The position numbers and the translations under genes were made by a program. Under the pieces are notes generated by a model. It worked only from the letters and a program-made list of their open reading frames with translations. It ran no database searches and was not told where the DNA came from. This document shows positions 20,709-33,029 of a stretch of 64,000 nt of DNA, in pieces. Origin of the DNA: Azolla caroliniana (lineage: Eukaryota; Plantae; Polypodiophyta); the NCBI GenBank assembly GCA_043228905.1, contig JBHGNT010000006.1, positions 6,324,001 through 6,388,000 of the forward strand. Reading direction: 5' to 3'. Each line of letters opens with the position of its first letter. Position 1 is the stretch's first letter.

Positions 20709-22550
20709 AGGCTTCATTAGTTCGACTCATCTTTGACATGTGTTTAGCCTCTTTGCCGACAACACCTTCATCAACATGTCGGGTCTGTTCTCTACTATGT
20801 GGATCTTCAACAAAGCAAACTCCTTTTCTTCTACTCGCTCTTGGAGCCGAAGGTTGTCGAATACGGGTCTCGAATGGACGTATTCACATTGTCCCATTTG
20901 ATACACTGGGTTTAGGATACTTCTGTAAATAGTGGAAAGGGCAGTTTCCCTAAGTCAATTGATATTAAACTTACGCTTGTAATCTAGTGTGTGGTGTGTG
21001 GTTTTCGGTTGCCTCCATTCTATTGTAAATTTGAGTTTGAATAATACAGTTATATATTGTGTCCCATTCTTTGTCTCTCTCTCACTCACTCACTCACTCA
21101 TTAATTCTAGTAAAAGGGACCATAAAAATGCATGCTTATAATCCATTATTATCCAAACGGAGCATTCTTGTTTCAACAAAGCATGATAGCCCACTATGGG
21201 AACCATTGCATTACATGCACTAATTGTTTATCAAAGAACACAAAAACTTTATCCAACAATGTATTTCAATGTTCCGAGAACGAAATACACATCATAAAAC
21301 CCTTATGGGCCTACATATATATTGTTAACACAGTTTGGTGCCACGATTGTGTTCAACCATTGTTTAATCCAATTTATGAATGGGAGTTTCTTACTAAATA
21401 ATAATATAAACACGTGATCATAAAATACATCAACAACCTACAAAACTGCCTTAACATCAACTTCCACATCATGCACATTCTCATTGATGCATTATTTTGC
21501 TTCGTTTTTATTTTCCTCCATGATATTAGACAACAAGGTATTGGCAATCCCCCATAAATTATCACAATTATGATTATCCTCATGAACCGCGTTTACATTT
21601 ATTGCCTTAGCATATATCAATTTCTAATCATTGTTTTCCTCAATACCCTTAAGCTTCTTAGAGCTCCCAAATTCTTCCCTTCACCCTTGCACAATTAAAT
21701 CCAAACTAACAATTGTTCCCATAATCAATGTCACACCATTTATGATGAAGTCATCTTCATATCCTCCAGTCTTGATGTCCTATCAAACCTAGATAAAAAA
21801 TATTATCTAAGAATAATAGACAAAACAAGAACATCTGATTGAAGAGAATAAAGATGAAGAACACAATAAGACAAATGCAACACGTGTTGAGTACGTTGTC
21901 GTGAAGAAAACCGTTCCTTAGCGCAATCGGTGCATAGCGCGCGTGAACCAACTTTTCACGCGTGCGAGCCATTTAATGTATATAATAGGGGATTAGGTAC
22001 ATAGGTATATCTGGGTAGTTAGATTCGGTAGGTAGGAAGTAAATGAGGGAGACGGCTCCCTTCTTGAAGCTATAAAAGAAAGGGAGACGCGGGGAGGAGG
22101 GGATCACGCATTGAGGAGGACGAAGTGATGTCGGACCGTAACCGAACGCTTCTCCTCTGTTTGTTCTCCATCACTCTTCTCTGCAGGTTTTCGGGAGGCT
22201 CGCACTGCTTCGAGGAACGCCCGTGTGCTTCCGGCAGCACCTCCATCCTTTTCCCCTTTCGTGTGCAGACGAACAGGCATCGACATCTGTTCGCCGGCCT
22301 GTTCGATTGTAACCGCTCGCGTGCTCTGTTGTGTATTTGTTATTCGTTAATATACAAACTTTCGTGTCTCTCTGTCTCTGTGTCCATTCGTGTTTTCTGC
22401 ATTGACGGGCCGTGTCCCTGTATTTCTTTGCTCATACGTAACCGGTCGTCTCTCTCTTTCTCTTTCCCCTCCTATCACCTGCTCTTCGGTTCAAGACCCC
22501 GGTGGTCCCGCCTCGTTTCTCCACGCACGCGCGTAGTAACGTGACATATT

Positions 22551-22568
22551 TGGTGAACCCGACGTGAA
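22551..22568 (+). other. Primer binding site complementary to tRNA-Trp
   Basis: TGGTGAACCCGACGTGAA matches the reverse complement of the 3' end of plant cytosolic tRNA-Trp (…TTCACGTCGGGTTCACCA), recalled rather than searched. Confidence 0.8.
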
Positions 22569-22590
22569 ACAGGCGGCAGAGGAGCAGAAG

Positions 22591-24718
22591 ATGAGGGGGT
22601 CGGATCTTGCAGAGGCCATGGCTTCGGCCGTGGACCGGATAGTGAGCGCGCGCGAGGGCACCGGCGCCCTTGACATGGCTATTGAGGCGATCGTCGGTAT
22701 GATCGGCCGGTTCAGTGGAAAGGATGCCACGAGTTATTTGGCGTCCTACCGGGCGGAGATGTTGATGAGGGATATTCCGGAAGAGAGGCGTCTTGCCAGA
22801 TTCCCTCGAGTGGCGATGTCAGGCATCCATGTGGAGGTGCTCGAGGTTCGGGCGGAGAGCCGAACCTGGGAGGAGTTCGAAGGACGGCTCCTAGAGAAAT
22901 ACGGGTTGGATGACGCGCTTCGACTTTCGAAGTGGGGCTTCATGGAGTGGGTGGAGTCCCCCAACAAAGGAAGAAATGCGTCGGCACTCCTCCGGGAGTT
23001 TGAGGATCGCTTTGCGCGCCTTTCGGCGCTCGATCGGACCGTTCTGGACACAAGTTGTGTCCTACTGTTTGTCAAATCGGTTGACGCACGGGATCGGGAG
23101 CAAGTGGGCTCCTTACTGGAAACCGAAAACGGGCTGACGGCCGACTAGGCCGCAGTAAAAAGAGTCTGCGGCCGTTTTGACAAACGGTGGGAGTGGGTTG
23201 ATACAGGGGTGACCGGGGCGGGTCCTGTTGTAGCAAGGAATCTCGAACCGATACCGCAGGCACGACGAGAAGAGACCCGGGAGTGGCCCGAAACCGGTTT
23301 GGCTTTGACCGGCGTGGTCAGAGGCTCGTCCGGGGGGACAACTTTGGAGGAGTTGACACGGGTGGTAAAGGATCTCCAGATCGCCCAGGCTCGGAGGGAA
23401 GGCGGCGATCAGGCTCGTGACCGACGGCCTCCGACAGGAAATAGGTGCATGTGGTGCGACAAGGTCGGCCACATCCGGAAAGACTGCGGGGACTTTGCGG
23501 AGGCTTAGAGAAGCCGGGTAGTGTACCTTTGGGAAGGTCGAGTGCATGCCAGCGATACCCGGAGGGCCCAGAACTGAAACAACGGGCGAGGAGGAATGAA
23601 AAGGCTGATGGAAGAGGCGGTGGCCCGGCACGCGGAGACCGTCCACTACTCAGCGTCAGCCGGTATTCGGGTCGGAGGAAGAGCGAGGCCTGGAAGGAGA
23701 GCAAAGCCGGGTTCTGGCCGACGGTGCTGGAAGGCCTCGTCGGTGCCCGACTAAATAGAGACAAGGTGGACTGCGCGGAAAAGCGAGTCCAGGAGGTAAC
23801 CGGGTGGAGTGACCCGGTCGAAGAAAAGACGAGTTTTGTCGAAGCAGCTTGCCAGAACTACGAGGCTCTGGTTGAAGACAAACGAGTAGGTAAAACCGGA
23901 GGGGCCGAACCCTCACAGAGATACGAAACCCGATTCGGGCCGAAACGGAACGAGGCCGATGAGTCCAGTGCCCGGGATAACCACAAGAAGGGCGGATACC
24001 GTTTGGGCACGGAGATCGAAAGGACCACGGACCTATGAAAGGTCCTGGAAGAACGAATCCTCGATAGCAAAGTGGAACTGTCGTTGCGGGAGGTGCTCGG
24101 AATCGCCAAGAAGGAGTTCTGCGACTCCATCGTGGACTTGGTGAAGAGGAAGAGGCTGTCGACGGAGACAGAGCTGGAAAGGCCGGTGAAGGTGCGGCAA
24201 CGCACATAGAGGACATGGCACTAGAAGACGAGTGGGCGGAGAGCCACTATTCGAGGCCACACTGGGCCCGAGCGACCACGGAAACCCTGGTGAAGATCGG
24301 AGATGTTCAGGAACAGGTGGTGGCGCTGGTGGACCACGGTTCGGAAATAAACCTGATGTCCATGGACTTCTACAAGAAGGAGAAATGGCCGATCAACACT
24401 AAGCACAGGTGGAAGATACGGGCGGCGACGCGCGCCACCGAGGAACTACACGGGGCTTGCCCAAACGTGCGAGTCAAGATCGGCGACGTCGAGATAGACC
24501 CGCACTTCTTTGTGCAGGAAACGTCCTCGCACCCGATCATACTGGGAGAACTGTACATTACGGCAGCGCGAATGGAGACCAAGGTGTTGGACAACGGGTC
24601 GGCTTACGCGAGGGTCAAGAGTCAGGACGGGCGTCATTCGGTCCAGTTCCTGACGGTGCGACCGAACCACGAGCGAAACCGCGAGTCCCTCGGTGGCGAG
24701 AATCGAGAGGAGTTTTAG
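22591..24718 (+). pseudogene. ORF1 gag-protease with premature stops and frameshifts
   Basis: gag-like start RFSGKDATSYL, zinc knuckle CMWCDKVGHIRKDC, protease ALVDHGSEINLM...IILG. Stops at 23146 and 23506. Confidence 0.85.
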
Positions 24719-27700
24719 AGAGGGTTGTCAAGGCGTGGGGTCGCGACAATCCGGACACTCCGGGAAAACCCCACAAATGTACGATAGAGGCGAAACCGAA
24801 GAAACCTTGTACCATAAGTAGGAAGTTTTGTTTTTCTGACAACGGAAGGTGTACGATAGTCGGCGTCGTTGGCCGAGAAAAGACAAGGACGGAAGAGCGA
24901 CTTCGGGCGTGCGGAGTTCTCGGGCCGAGCGAGGAGATCAACGGAGCCGTGGAGGCGGTCTCCTTCGACGATACCTTGGGAATACTGCGAGAGGTGGTCG
25001 GAGAAGGCCTTAAAGAGGACCGGACGATACTGGTTTGTTCAGAAGAAATGTACGAAGTCATCGCGGACTTCAGTTGGGGGCTCGAGTCGAATCGGACGGC
25101 CCGGGTTAACACGAAGTACAAGACTGTGGACCGGAAGGTAAGGCCAGTCGCGGCACCCTTACCGGAGGGCAGTGAGTTGCGAATCAAGGGGGTCGCATCG
25201 GACCCCAGTTTACGACATCCGGCCTGCATAGGACACACCTTCACCGACAAAACGCTACGGGAGCTCAAAATCGGTGGGGGCGGTTTCCTACTGCCGGCGG
25301 AAGAAGACCGGTTTCGAAGAATGCTCGGAAGGCACGGGAAAGCCTTCGCATTCTCACCGGAAGAGATCGGGTGCGTAGACCCGACAGTCGTGAAGCCGAT
25401 GGTGATATTCACGGTACCGCATGTGCCGTGGAATCTCAAACCAATTCCGGTACCGCGAGCTCACATCCCGGAGCTGATGGAGCTGTTGAGGCAGAAAATC
25501 GATATGGGCATCCTCGAACCGTCGAGTGCCCCGTACTCGAACCGGTGGTTTACCGTACCGAAGAAGAACGGGACGTTGCGCTTCATTCAAGACCTGCAAC
25601 CGGTCAACAGAGTGACCATTCGGAACGCAGGAATCAGACCAATGATAGACGAGTTCGCGGAGGCCTTCGCCGGAAGGTCGATCTCTATACTCGGGGTACG
25701 ATCAGTTCCAACTAGCCGTAGAGAGCAGAGACATTACGACGATGCGGACTCCTCTCGGCCTAGTCCGGATGTGTACCCTGCCACAAGGAGGGACGAACTC
25801 GGTGGCCCACATGGTGAATGCGATGAACAACGTGCTGAGGGATTGTATCCCGGACGTCACCATGCCATTCTTGGACAATATCCCAATCAAGGGATGTCCA
25901 GTGGAGGACAAGGACGAAACGATCGGACCGGACGGATGCCGGAAATTCGTGGCGACACACATTGACGACTGCGAGAGGGTGTTGCAGAGGCTAGAGGACG
26001 CGAGGCTCACCTTCTCCAGGGAGAAATTGGCCTTTGGGCAATCGGAGATCATGGTCGTCGGACATCTATGTGGACCATATGGCCGGAAACCGTCTCTGGC
26101 TAAGGTGGAAGCGATCTCCGCGATGAAGCCCGACTGTAACTCGATCACGGAAGTACGGAGGTTCTTGGGAGCATGTGCGTTCTACCACATATGGATCCCG
26201 CATTACGCCCACGTTGCCGAACCGCTATACGGGTTGCTAAAAAAGGGGCGAAAATTCGAGTGGCGGGACGAGCATACGGAGTCGGTCCGAAAGATGAAGG
26301 AGGCTCTTGCTGCAGCTCCGGCACTCCGGAAGGCTGTCTACGAGAAAGGTACTCCCATCTACATAACGGTAGATACAAGTCCGACCGGGATCGGATGGGT
26401 CGTCAACCAAGAAGATGAGGACGACATTTGGTTCCCAATCCGGTTTGGCGCGAAGGTCCTCAACGAGCGACAGCGAGGATACGCCCAGGTTAAACGCGAA
26501 CTCTGGGGTATCGTTTCGGCAGTGAAGGCCGATAAAGACTATCTGATCGAGGCAGAGGTGATTATCGAGACGGACTGCCTGCCGATTCTCAGCATGGTTT
26601 CCGGATGCGCAACCCCGGACCTGGCAATGCTCAAGTGGATAGCATACATCAAGTCCCTGGATCCGGAAATACGACACATTTCCGGGAAAGACAATGCCAT
26701 GACCGACATGCTTTCGAGGGCGCGATTCGACGACAAGGGCAGCATGGTTTCGGAGGACGAGGAAGTCGGCGTGGACTTCTTCGAGGCGGGTTACGTAACA
26801 ACCGAGGGAGGGAGCACTCCGGCGCTTAACGATTTCGACGAGAGCAAGTACAACGGGGAGTGGCTGCAGATTGGGAGATTCTTGAGGACGATGACACCGG
26901 ACGCGTCATGGACAAAGAGCGAGGCCAACCGGATCCGGAAGAAAGCATACCGATTCTTTCTCCGGGACGGATACTTATGGAAGCACCCGAAGAAGAGAAA
27001 TGGCATCCCACTCCGAGTTGTGGCGATGGAGGAGGAACAGAAGGAGTTGTTGGAGGCCTACCACGACAGGCCCTGGGCTGGACACCGTGGGACGTGGGCC
27101 ACGTTCGAGAAACTGAAGGGGAAGTACTAGTGGCCAGGATTGTACTGGGATGTGCATCGGTTCGTGACAACTTGTGAGAGCTGTCAGATACACTCCATAG
27201 TCCGACATAGGGACGAGCTTGACCCTACATACCCTCCAGCCATCCACTTCAAATGGATGGTAGATTTGGTGACGATGTCGATGGGCGTAGGGCAGATGCG
27301 ATATCTGGTGCTGGCCCGAGAGGACCTGACGAACCAGGTGGAAGGCCGAGCCCTGCAGAACAAAACGACCGCGGTCGTGTGTCGGTTCCTGATCGAGGAC
27401 GTGATATGCCGGTACGGGTGCGTCGGGAAGATCGTGGCTGACCGCGGGGAGTTGGACGCCGAAGAGGCCGAGGAGTTGTTCGACCGGTTAGGGGTCAAGC
27501 TCTCGCTCACCACAGCGTACAATCCAGAGGCGAAGGGGAAGGTGGAGCGCGGACACGGACCGATTGTCAAAGCGCTAGTCCGAGCATGCGGAGGCCAGGT
27601 CGGGAATTGGCCACGACTGTTACCTTATGCCTTGTGGGCGGACCGGACAACGCACAGTTCGGTAACCGGGTTCATGCCGTTAGAGCTCATGTTCGGACAG

Positions 27701-28267
27701 AAGCCAATCATGCCGATGGAACGGACAATCTCCTCTTGGGCGACAGTGGACTGGAGAGACGAGATGAGTCGGGATGAACTGCTAACGGCGCGTATCCGGC
27801 AGCTCGAGCGGAGGCCAGAGGACGTGGAACGAGCGGCAGAGAGACTTCAGATGGCGAGGATGAGGAACAAAGCCTGGTTCGACCGAACGCACCGGCTCCG
27901 ACCAAAGAACTGGGTGCTAGTCTACGACAGCAGCCTCGACAACCAGCACCGAGCAACACGGAAGTTTGCAAAGCGGTGGTTCGGGCCTTACGTGGTAACG
28001 AGCGCCAACGACAACAGGATGTATCACCTGGCGGAACTCGACGGTACGAGGATGGCGATACTGGTAGGAAGGAAGCAGATCAAAGCGTTCAAGAAGCGCC
28101 ATGACGGCGAACCGGATCTAAGAGGCCTGGACAGCGACGACGAACAGTCCGGAACGGAGGACGAACCGATGGACGAAGAACCGGAACTCGGACCGGTTTT
28201 CTCCAACCAGAGCGCAATTTTGGCGCATACCGGTGGATGCGCGGTTAGGTGGGGGCGGATGTCGTGA
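24716..28267 (+). pseudogene. ORF2 RT-RNase H-integrase, disrupted
   Basis: PYSNRWFTVPKKNGTLRFIQDLQ, LPQGGTNS, FLDNI (DD mutated), VDTSPTGIG...KRELWG, HHCC, ADRGE...GKVERGH, FGPY. No chromodomain. Confidence 0.9.
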
Positions 28268-29107
28268 AGAAAACCGTTCCTTAGCGCAATCGGTGCATAG
28301 CGCGCATGAATCGGCTCTTCACGCGTGCGCGCCATTTAATGTATATAATAGGGGATTAGGTACATAGGTATATCTGGGTAGTTAGATTTGGTAGGTAGGA
28401 AGTAAATGAGGGAGACGGCTCCCTTCTTGAAGCTATAAAAGAAAGGGAGACGCGGGGAGGAGGGGATCGCGCATTGAGGAGGACGAAGTGCTGTCGGACC
28501 GTAATCGAACGCTTCTCCTCTGTTTGTTCTCCATCGCTCTTCTCTGCAGGTTTTCGGGAGGCTCACGCTGCTTCGAGGAACGCCCGTGTGCTTCCGGCAG
28601 CACCTCCATCCTTTTCCCCTTTCGTGTGCAGACGAACAGGCATCGGCATCTGTTCATCGACCTGTTCGGTTGTAACCGCTCACGTGCTCTGTTGTGTATT
28701 TGTTATTCGTTAATATACAAACTTTCGTGTCTCTTTGTCTCTGTGTCCATTCGTGTTTTCTGCATTGACGGGCCGTGTCCCTGTGTTTCTTTGCTCATAC
28801 GTAACCGGTCGTCTCTCTCTTTCTCTTTCCCCTCCTATCACCTGCTCTTCGGTTCAAGACCCCGGTGGTCCCGCCTCGTTTCTCCACGCACGCGCGTAGT
28901 AACGTGACAACGTGTAAGCTGACAACGCATGGTTCTTTGTTTCTATTGCCGCCACCATTACAAACCACCAACATTGTTTATGAAGCTATATATTGTTCTG
29001 AAGCTATGATCAAGAGCTTTCCAACGGTTGTCTCAGTGCAAAACTTTGTCGTAGATAGAGACCATAAGAACAAAAACAATATATCTTCTTCTTTTTCTTC
29101 TTCTTCT

Positions 29108-29151
<44 letters not shown>

Positions 29152-31649
29152 AACCAAGAACTCCGTAATCTCATAAAGCATTAACCTTTCCCACTAGCCC
29201 ATCTCAATCCATAATCTCTCTTTGCTTGGGAAGTTTGAGGAAGGCAAGGACTTGGTTGATAACCTCTCTTTTGTGGTTTCTTGATGTTGTCTATGTACAC
29301 TTGATTTGAGAGTTGATTAACATTAAGTCTATTAGCATGTTCCTACATTAAAGGTTTGTGTTCAAGATTATGGCTAAAAACTATTTAAGTTTGTTTAAGG
29401 AAACTAGGTTATTTATTGTACAGTTGAAGGTGGATTGATACCCACTCTTCATTTGCATCGCCCACCAAAGATGCCAATAACGATTTTAACATGAAGAATA
29501 TTGTTAGTGATTCATGAGATTGTGTGATGCCAGTCAACGAACCTAGGGTCATGTATTGTAGGAAGTCTTCCTACAATTATATGCATTTGACATGGACATA
29601 TTTTAGCACATCCGTAATGCAAATTGGTATAAACTTTAACCATAATGTTGGGATAACCATTTTGCTATGTAGTTTTGTTTAGATTTTGAAAAACTTTTAA
29701 CATGGGTCATGACTCATGTATATATTATGCTTTGCTTGGAAAACGAAAAATAGATTACAACATAGTATGAACCATACGCACCATACGTGCATTCGCATTC
29801 GCGAATGATTCAATCATTCGCGAAAGAAAAATACCCTCAAAGAATGATAAATACCATTCTTTTGGATTAACTATTTATTATGAGGTAGATAAGCCTAAAA
29901 ATGAAAAAAAAAAACATTAAAACAATGGGGGGAAAACAAAAAAAAAACACAAGAATGTTTGGATAACATTCGCATTCGTTTTCCAACGTAGGAAAACGAA
30001 TGTTATACTAGACGAACACGAATTTTACGTACTATGGATTGCAATGCCCATGACATGAGATTTTTTAAAACCTTTTTTTTTTCTGAAAAAGATACCAAAA
30101 GTGGTATTAAGAAACGCCCTAAGGCTATACATAAAAGATGTAACTTTTGGTAATGAGCCCTTTTTATATGCTCTAATTGTTGGCTTAAATAAATACTTCA
30201 GTGTAGAATAGAACCACTCCACCTTATTAGAAACCACCATATGTAAATATTCCTTTGTCCGATATGACATGGAACTCCAATCGTTTACACTTTGCCTATT
30301 GCCTATTACCTCTGTTTAGCAGTCTCAACTAAATTCGAATAAAAAATGGCACATGCTAGGATTTTTTAATCGTCTTCACATATTACATGGTTTAAGAGGA
30401 AGATATATTACATGGTTTAAGAGCAACGTTGATGATAGAGTGATATAGGACCTATATAGATGTTGATGACATTGCAATCATTGTTGCTTGTGCATGTTTG
30501 GCCTCACTACCCTATTGCATCATTTTTGTCAAAGGTCGAATGACCTTAGACCTTGTTACCTTCATTTTCATCACCCATAGTTGGCCCCAATAGCTTCATT
30601 TCCGCCTTCATGATAATAGATAATTGGATATCCTAGCGTATGTGTGTTTCAGAATGTGGCATGCCACTCAAGGTAAATGAGGATGTTTGGCTTACTTGGA
30701 CATTAAAGAAAAGGGAAAACCTTCCAAATACAAGAGTTTTCTTTCTTTCTTAATAATTCCATACTTTCCCCAAATGGCCTCATCTCACTCTAGAAAGAGA
30801 GAAAAAGGGGATAAACTTGCCATATAATTGCTTAAACATTTTATATAATGGAAGAAAATCAGATAAATAAACCATGTCTAGTTGTTTTAAATGCTTTGGT
30901 TTACCCAAAAAGAAAGAGCGAAGTAGAGTTTTCTTTAAGACCAGCAAGCACTCGTGAGTCGTGAAGTAGAGTTTGGTTCACATCTCAATATTATATTATC
31001 CAACATTTTATCATTAATAGCAAGGTCTTATTAAGCTAGCGAGTCTCAAAACCAACCTTAGAATGTTCTTTACTATTTAGGGACCAACTTGAGAATGCTT
31101 CTTTTAGCATAACATTGAAGTGAAGTGATTAGTATGGGATAACATTACAAGATACATTTGCTTTATAACATCCATGACCATTGGCATAACACGGAGAAGA
31201 ATAACCAGATGACTTTCGAACATTTTGAGGGAAGCAATTCTTGGCTCGTAGACCGAAGATGATGAAAGTTGTGTTTCACTAGAACAAATAAGAGATGGAA
31301 CGAATCGCAAAGCTTTTCGATGCGATGGGGCAGAAAGGCAAATAATATCTGTTCCGTATGCCGAATTCGGATGCGTTCCAAGAACATCCTTGTGACCTGA
31401 CAAGCCTTTTTAGCTTCCCCAATCTTCCCGGTGCTTATTTAAGTACAAGTGCTAAAAGAGTTGAAGTACACACGGGCAAGCATATTTGTAGCTTTGTAGG
31501 CTCGGGAGTCCGGACCTACATTTTCCCGGTTCGGGCCGTGCGAGCCTTTGGCCCCTTCAAACCCTTCTGGTCCTCCTGTCTGTCTGGTTGTCTGTGTCCC
31601 TGCCGGCGCACATACAGATCGTCGCCAGCTCACGACCCACGGGCCACGA

Positions 31650-33029
31650 CTAGGCAGAAGGAGGAGGAGGCATGTCTCGATCCACACCTGCGCCGCCCGG
31701 CGGCGGCGGCGGCCCCTGGCGCCGTGACTTGTGACCCCCCCATCGCGCCCGCACTAGATCGGCGGAAGATCGCGCTTCCAACCCTACGCAGGCGCAGGCC
31801 ACCGCCACCAGGAAGGCGATGTAGATGCCGCTGTACCTCGCCGGCGCGGCGAGTATGCGGAAGCCTTTGAAAACGTTGATGATTGCGATGAGGAGAACCG
31901 TGTAGCCGTTGGTGTGGTGGAAGACCTCCCACATCAGCCGGCGGCGTCGGTGGTCCGGGAGCTGCTTCTGCGGGCGGGCGAAGAGCGCCGTGACCTGAAG
32001 AGTGGCCATCACGAAAATGGCGATGCCCAGGTTGCGATGGGAGTGATAGACGATGCCAGGGCTCAGGGCACCCAATCGCAGTCCCAGCGCCCAGGCGATG
32101 GTGCCCACCGAATAGCCCAGCATCTGCAGACACACATGAGCATAGAACCAGGCAGGGTCGGCACCCGCCACTCGCTTCATGTAACGGGCCGTCATGGCAC
32201 CCAAGAGGAGGAGAAGCCCCCACGAGAGCAGAGCAAGAACGCCGTGCACGCACTTGAGCAGGAAGCGGCCACTGGAATCGCCTCCTCCTCCTCCTGGGCT
32301 AGAGACGGCGCCAGTCAAGAGATGGATTGTCTTCATGCCATTTCGTTGGCCAGCACCGTGCGGCAGAGGTACATTCGGCGGCGACACAGAAGGCCCACGA
32401 TTGTAGATGGTGTTGATGGAGGAGACGCCCGGCGGGAGGAGCAGGGTAGCGAGAATGGTGAAACGAACGGCTCCTGCGCTGGAATTAGGGGTGGTTTGGA
32501 TGAGTAGCGTCATGTTCTGCAGGACGCTGAGGCCATCGTCGAAGGAGGCCACTGGTGTGAAGGATGAAGAAGAAGAAGCACCACCACCATAAAGTGCGGA
32601 GGTGAGCTTGTAACGTAGCAGCTGTGGAGTAGCGATGGCGGGTGGGGGCTTCTGGAAACCTATGAGGACATCGGCGTTAAGCATGGTGGTTCCATGAAGG
32701 TTGATGCCCCAGCCCACCCATCCACTGGCGCCGAGGGCCGTGTCAGTGTAGGCGATCGAGACAGTGTTTGTGGCAGGTGTGTAAGTCCATGTCAGTGTAG
32801 TGTCGCCCACTGATGCTGCCGATGTCATGTGTTCGTGGTGCTCATGCAGCTCCATGCACTTGGTGCCACCGGACGGCCACTGCGGCTGCACGCGGCCTAC
32901 CTTATCGGGAGTAGTTTGTTCTTGGCTGCTACATGCCCCCCATGCCTTAACCAATGGTGTGGGGCCACTATTGAACATGGTTTGGCTGATTGCATAGGCA
33001 AGTAGAAACACCATGGCCGCTGCCCCCAT
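31650..33029 (-). CDS. DOMON domain / cytochrome b561 membrane protein
   Basis: 459 aa single ORF: hydrophobic N-terminus, DOMON GWVGWGINLHGTTMLNADVLIGF, and b561 haem histidines in HGVLALLSWG, WFYAHVCLQ, HRNLG and WEVFHH. Confidence 0.93.
   Translation of the reverse strand: MGAAAMVFLLAYAISQTMFNSGPTPLVKAWGACSSQEQTTPDKVGRVQPQWPSGGTKCMELHEHHEHMTSAASVGDTTLTWTYTPATNTVSIAYTDTALGASGWVGWGINLHGTTMLNADVLIGFQKPPPAIATPQLLRYKLTSALYGGGASSSSSFTPVASFDDGLSVLQNMTLLIQTTPNSSAGAVRFTILATLLLPPGVSSINTIYNRGPSVSPPNVPLPHGAGQRNGMKTIHLLTGAVSSPGGGGGDSSGRFLLKCVHGVLALLSWGLLLLLGAMTARYMKRVAGADPAWFYAHVCLQMLGYSVGTIAWALGLRLGALSPGIVYHSHRNLGIAIFVMATLQVTALFARPQKQLPDHRRRRLMWEVFHHTNGYTVLLIAIINVFKGFRILAAPARYSGIYIAFLVAVACACVGLEARSSADLVRARWGGHKSRRQGPPPPPGGAGVDRDMPPPPSA

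Larger units (their letters stand above)
21897..28909 (+). mobile_element. Full-length decayed non-chromovirus Ty3/Gypsy element primed by tRNA-Trp
   Basis: 650-bp LTRs at 21897-22546 and 28260-28909 (about 20 mostly transition differences by eye), 4-bp TSD ACGT, PBS at 22551-22568, PPT AGGTGGGGGCGGA. Confidence 0.95.

Noticed and set aside
29973-30012. Helitron 3' end (hairpin followed by CTAG)
   Set aside because: CTAG is followed by A rather than T, the spacing is short, and no 5' TC end or Rep/helicase remnant was seen.
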